NCBI GenBank assembly: GCA_965116205.1
Contig: OZ220493.1
Location: 38,276 to 102,275, forward strand
Reading direction: 5' to 3'
DNA: 64,000 nucleotides
DNA from: Arenicellales bacterium
GTDB taxonomy: Bacteria > Pseudomonadota > Gammaproteobacteria > Arenicellales > JAJDZL01
Part shown: piece after piece, positions 60,846 through 64,000 of the stretch
Layout of the letters: the number at the start of each line of letters is the position of its first letter
Position numbering within the stretch: the first letter of the stretch is position 1
Made by a program: the position numbers and the translations under genes
The notes under the pieces: model-generated
What the model saw: only the letters and a program-made list of their open reading frames with translations
Told to the model about the DNA's origin: nothing
Databases searched by the model: none

Positions 60846-62300
60846 ATGCACGCAACTGATAGCACATCGTTATTCTCAAACTACCCGGTCGACACCACCT
60901 TTTTTGACGAGATGTTCTGCCCGGACGGTCAGCCACGCGATGAATGTCAATTATTGTATGATCGCTTAAACGACACTAGCGTCAAAGAAATCAACGACAT
61001 TCAGCATCGTGTTGAACAGTTCTTTTTGAATGAAGGAATCACGTTTGCAGTCTACGGTGATGAAGGTGCACAAGAAAGAATTATTCCCATCGATCTGTTG
61101 CCGCGCGTCATCTGTGCGGGCGACTGGCAGATCATTGAGCAGGGGTTGCGTCAACGTCTGAAAGCCATCAATTTGTTTCTCGGCGACATCTACAGTGCTA
61201 GAAAAATCCTCTCTGACGAAGTTATTCCAGTCGACTTAGTTTTGGGCTGTCCGCAATATCGAACCGAAATGCGTGGAGTTCGCCCTGCGCATGGAGCATT
61301 TGTTTCGATCTGCGGTACAGATCTGATCAGAACCACCGATGGATTCATGGTGCTAGAAGACAATCTTCGCGTGCCATCCGGCGTCTCGTACATGCTAGCA
61401 AATCGACAGGCCATCAAGTCAAATATCAGGAATCTGTTTCGCCAGCATCCAATTCGTCCGATTGAAAACTACGGCGCTCTGTTAAGGCATACACTTGCTG
61501 AATTGTCGCCCACTGCCCATGACAATCCATGTATCGTGTTGATGACACCGGGCACCTACAACTCAGCGTTCTACGAACATATGTTCCTGGCTCGGGAAAT
61601 GGGAATAGAACTGGTACAGGGGGAAGACCTGCGGGTTCGAGATGGTCATGTCTACATGCGAACGACACGCGGTGAACGTAAAGTTGATGTCATATATCGG
61701 CGTATCGATGATCATTTTATTGACCCACTCACCTTTCGAGAGGATTCACTCTTGGGTGTGCCAGGATTATTTTCGGCCTATAAATTGGGGCATGTCGCCT
61801 TGGCTAATGCGCCGGGCACGGGAGTCGCAGACGATAAGAGCGTTTATGCTTATGTCGGTGATATGATACGATACTACCTTGCTGAAGAACCGATTTTAGC
61901 CAACGTTGAGACTTACCTGTGCCGCTATCCCGAGCAGCTCGAATACACGCTGGATAATCTTGACCAGTTGGTCGTTAAAACCGTCGGTGGCTCGGGCGGC
62001 TATGGCATGTTAGTGGGACCGCACGCGACGGAACAAGAACGAGCAGATTTTGCCAATCAACTGCGCAATAATCCAACCAATTACATTGCGCAGCCAACAC
62101 TGCCTTTATCTCGCTCACCCTGCCTCACACCCAACGGCGCCGCACCACGTCATGTGGACCTGCGAACATTTGTTCTCAGTGGCCGAGAAACTCGCATCAT
62201 TCCTGGTGCATTCTGTCGAGTTGCGCTCAAAGAAGGTTCATTGGTCGTCAACTCCAGCCAAGGTGGTGGCGGCAAAGATCTCTGGGTACTCTCGAGTTAA
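60846..62300 (+). CDS. Circularly permuted type 2 ATP-grasp protein
   Basis: GITFAVYG, VLEDNLRVPSGVSY, VIYRRIDD, VVNSSQGGGGKD. Confidence 0.93.
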   Translation: MHATDSTSLFSNYPVDTTFFDEMFCPDGQPRDECQLLYDRLNDTSVKEINDIQHRVEQFFLNEGITFAVYGDEGAQERIIPIDLLPRVICAGDWQIIEQGLRQRLKAINLFLGDIYSARKILSDEVIPVDLVLGCPQYRTEMRGVRPAHGAFVSICGTDLIRTTDGFMVLEDNLRVPSGVSYMLANRQAIKSNIRNLFRQHPIRPIENYGALLRHTLAELSPTAHDNPCIVLMTPGTYNSAFYEHMFLAREMGIELVQGEDLRVRDGHVYMRTTRGERKVDVIYRRIDDHFIDPLTFREDSLLGVPGLFSAYKLGHVALANAPGTGVADDKSVYAYVGDMIRYYLAEEPILANVETYLCRYPEQLEYTLDNLDQLVVKTVGGSGGYGMLVGPHATEQERADFANQLRNNPTNYIAQPTLPLSRSPCLTPNGAAPRHVDLRTFVLSGRETRIIPGAFCRVALKEGSLVVNSSQGGGGKDLWVLSS

Positions 62301-62306
62301 CTGCTG

Positions 62307-63269
62307 ATGTTGGCTAGGAGTGCCAATGGACTCTTTTGGATGAGCCGGTATCTGGAACGGGCTGAGCACGCTGCGCGCCTACTTTTCACCCAGTTTGAGG
62401 CGTTGGAAGATCGATCGGTGGAAGAGATTGATCAAAGTTGGCGGCGAATTTATTTGTCTATCGGTCGATCTCCGCTAGGCGGACATCTCACCAGCAATCT
62501 CGAAAATGAGAATTTTATGTTGCTGGATACCTTTACACTCGCCGATGACCTGACTTTTGAATCCATGAATATCGATTCCATTCGCTCGAACATGCATTTT
62601 GCGCGCGAGAATGCAAGACAGATTAGAAATGTGATTGGTCGAGATTTCTGGACTCGTCTCAATACCGCTTACTTAAATTTGAACCAAGCGCGCATTGAGC
62701 ACGTTTGGGAAAATCAACCCAAGAGTTTTTATCTGAACACTCAAGATACCACTCGCACACTATCGGGGAATTTAGACAGTACCATGTACCGCGATGATGG
62801 CTGGCATTTCTTACAACTGGGGCGCTACATTGAGCGCACCCAAATTGTCGTCTCATTGTTGAAAGCACATCTCGAAGTATTTTCTTTAGGATTTACTGAT
62901 CAAGACTCTAGTTGGATCTCCCTGCTCGTGCTATGCAATGCGCGGCTTGCCTATCGCCGAGAACATTCACTACTGTCGTTGAACCCGCTGCACGTATTAA
63001 ATTTTCTCGTCACCGACCCGGCGCACCCACACTCTATCCGGTTTGCTGTCGACCGCACTTGCGAGCATCACCAAGCCATCATTAGCAACCAAAGTCAACC
63101 GGCACCGTCTGACCTCAATGCAAGCCTGAATAAAATGCAACAGCTCATCTCACAAGACTGGCAATCTGATGCTCTGACAGTAGACGACTTTTGCCATCGA
63201 TTGCAACGGATGCTAACGCTGAGTCAAGCGTTTAGCGACGATCTTTCGGCTATCTATTTCTTCACTTAA
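62307..63269 (+). CDS. Alpha-E domain protein (DUF403)
   Basis: LFWMSRYLERAE, ARENARQIR, LGRYIER. Confidence 0.93.
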   Translation: MLARSANGLFWMSRYLERAEHAARLLFTQFEALEDRSVEEIDQSWRRIYLSIGRSPLGGHLTSNLENENFMLLDTFTLADDLTFESMNIDSIRSNMHFARENARQIRNVIGRDFWTRLNTAYLNLNQARIEHVWENQPKSFYLNTQDTTRTLSGNLDSTMYRDDGWHFLQLGRYIERTQIVVSLLKAHLEVFSLGFTDQDSSWISLLVLCNARLAYRREHSLLSLNPLHVLNFLVTDPAHPHSIRFAVDRTCEHHQAIISNQSQPAPSDLNASLNKMQQLISQDWQSDALTVDDFCHRLQRMLTLSQAFSDDLSAIYFFT

Positions 63270-63276
63270 CTGAACT

Positions 63277-64000
63277 ATGCAGCTACGAATGACCGATCAA
63301 CATCACGCTTCGTTCGAGATTCAACACGTATCCACATTCCAATACGAGTTTCCCATCAGCTGGGCAACCATGATGCTTCGACTTGAGCCGCGCAACGATG
63401 AACGTCAGAAAGTAGTCCAGTTTGATTATGAAATTGCGCCGCGTGTAACTCCGATTACAGTCTTTGATTCTTTTGGCAACAAATGCCATCTGCTGAATTT
63501 TCGCGCCAGTCAGCAGTCTTCTCTGACCATTAAATCCAAAGCCAAAGTCGAGACTACAATTTCCAACGCGGTGGTACGAGGTGATGATGACTCAACATGG
63601 GATTATCTTCATGACTCCATCGACACCATTGATTGTTGGGAATTTCTCGCCCCCAGTAAACGAGTCTACGACTGTCCGCTTTTACAGGACTTTATGGTTG
63701 AGCACAATCTCAATCCTTCTCAAAACCGGTTCATATCGCTGGTCAATGCCGCTCGAACGATTTTTCAGCAACTCCGCTATGAACCCGGCACCACAGAAGT
63801 CTCATCAACCATTGACGACTGCCTCAAGCTACGCAGTGGTGTATGCCAGGATTTCACCCACATTATGCTAGCTATCGGCCGCCTTTGGGGCATTCCCAGT
63901 CGATATGTCTCCGGCTACCTGCACCTATATGCAGATATTGCACAGATCGTAACCGATGATGCTAGTCATGCCTGGAGTGAATTTTATTTTCCAGAATGTG
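63277..64000 (+). CDS. Transglutaminase-like protein, 3'-truncated by the window edge
   Basis: Not in the ORF track. Manual translation shows IQHVSTFQY, DSFGN, GVCQDFTH, RYVSGYL and SHAW. Confidence 0.9.
   Translation, partial: MQLRMTDQHHASFEIQHVSTFQYEFPISWATMMLRLEPRNDERQKVVQFDYEIAPRVTPITVFDSFGNKCHLLNFRASQQSSLTIKSKAKVETTISNAVVRGDDDSTWDYLHDSIDTIDCWEFLAPSKRVYDCPLLQDFMVEHNLNPSQNRFISLVNAARTIFQQLRYEPGTTEVSSTIDDCLKLRSGVCQDFTHIMLAIGRLWGIPSRYVSGYLHLYADIAQIVTDDASHAWSEFYFPEC

Noticed and set aside
5273-63871. Numerous 60-190 aa ORFs overlapping recognised genes
   Set aside because: Antisense or alternate-frame shadows of well-supported genes, with no independent evidence.

Overview
Bacterial chromosomal window, most consistent with a gammaproteobacterium (inferred from gene order and content; the accessory families suggest a marine-invertebrate or sponge symbiont, which I cannot confirm). 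The core backbone comprises a minus-strand dcw cluster (mraZ-rsmH-ftsL-ftsI-murE-murF-mraY-murD-ftsW-murG-murB-ftsQ-ftsA-ftsZ-lpxC) that lacks murC and ddl and has a strongly altered MurD, secA-argJ-mutT-soxBDAG, a propionyl-CoA/methylmalonyl-CoA operon, rplU-rpmA-obgE-proB, ffs-dnaX-ybaB-recR-ispB-tRNA-Pro, and a circularly permuted ATP-grasp/alpha-E/transglutaminase operon. Accessory loci are tandem paralogous STAND-like ATPases followed by a 1-kb ORF-poor region rich in nested stems (candidate large structured ncRNA), a solitary MmeI-like RM gene, a heptad-repeat membrane protein, an autotransporter, and a dual-OB/DUF488/DUF488 module whose first gene is frameshifted at a G9 tract (candidate phase-variable switch). 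No CRISPR array, rRNA, integrase, transposase or reverse transcriptase was recognised. All family calls come from motif recognition by eye; no database was searched.
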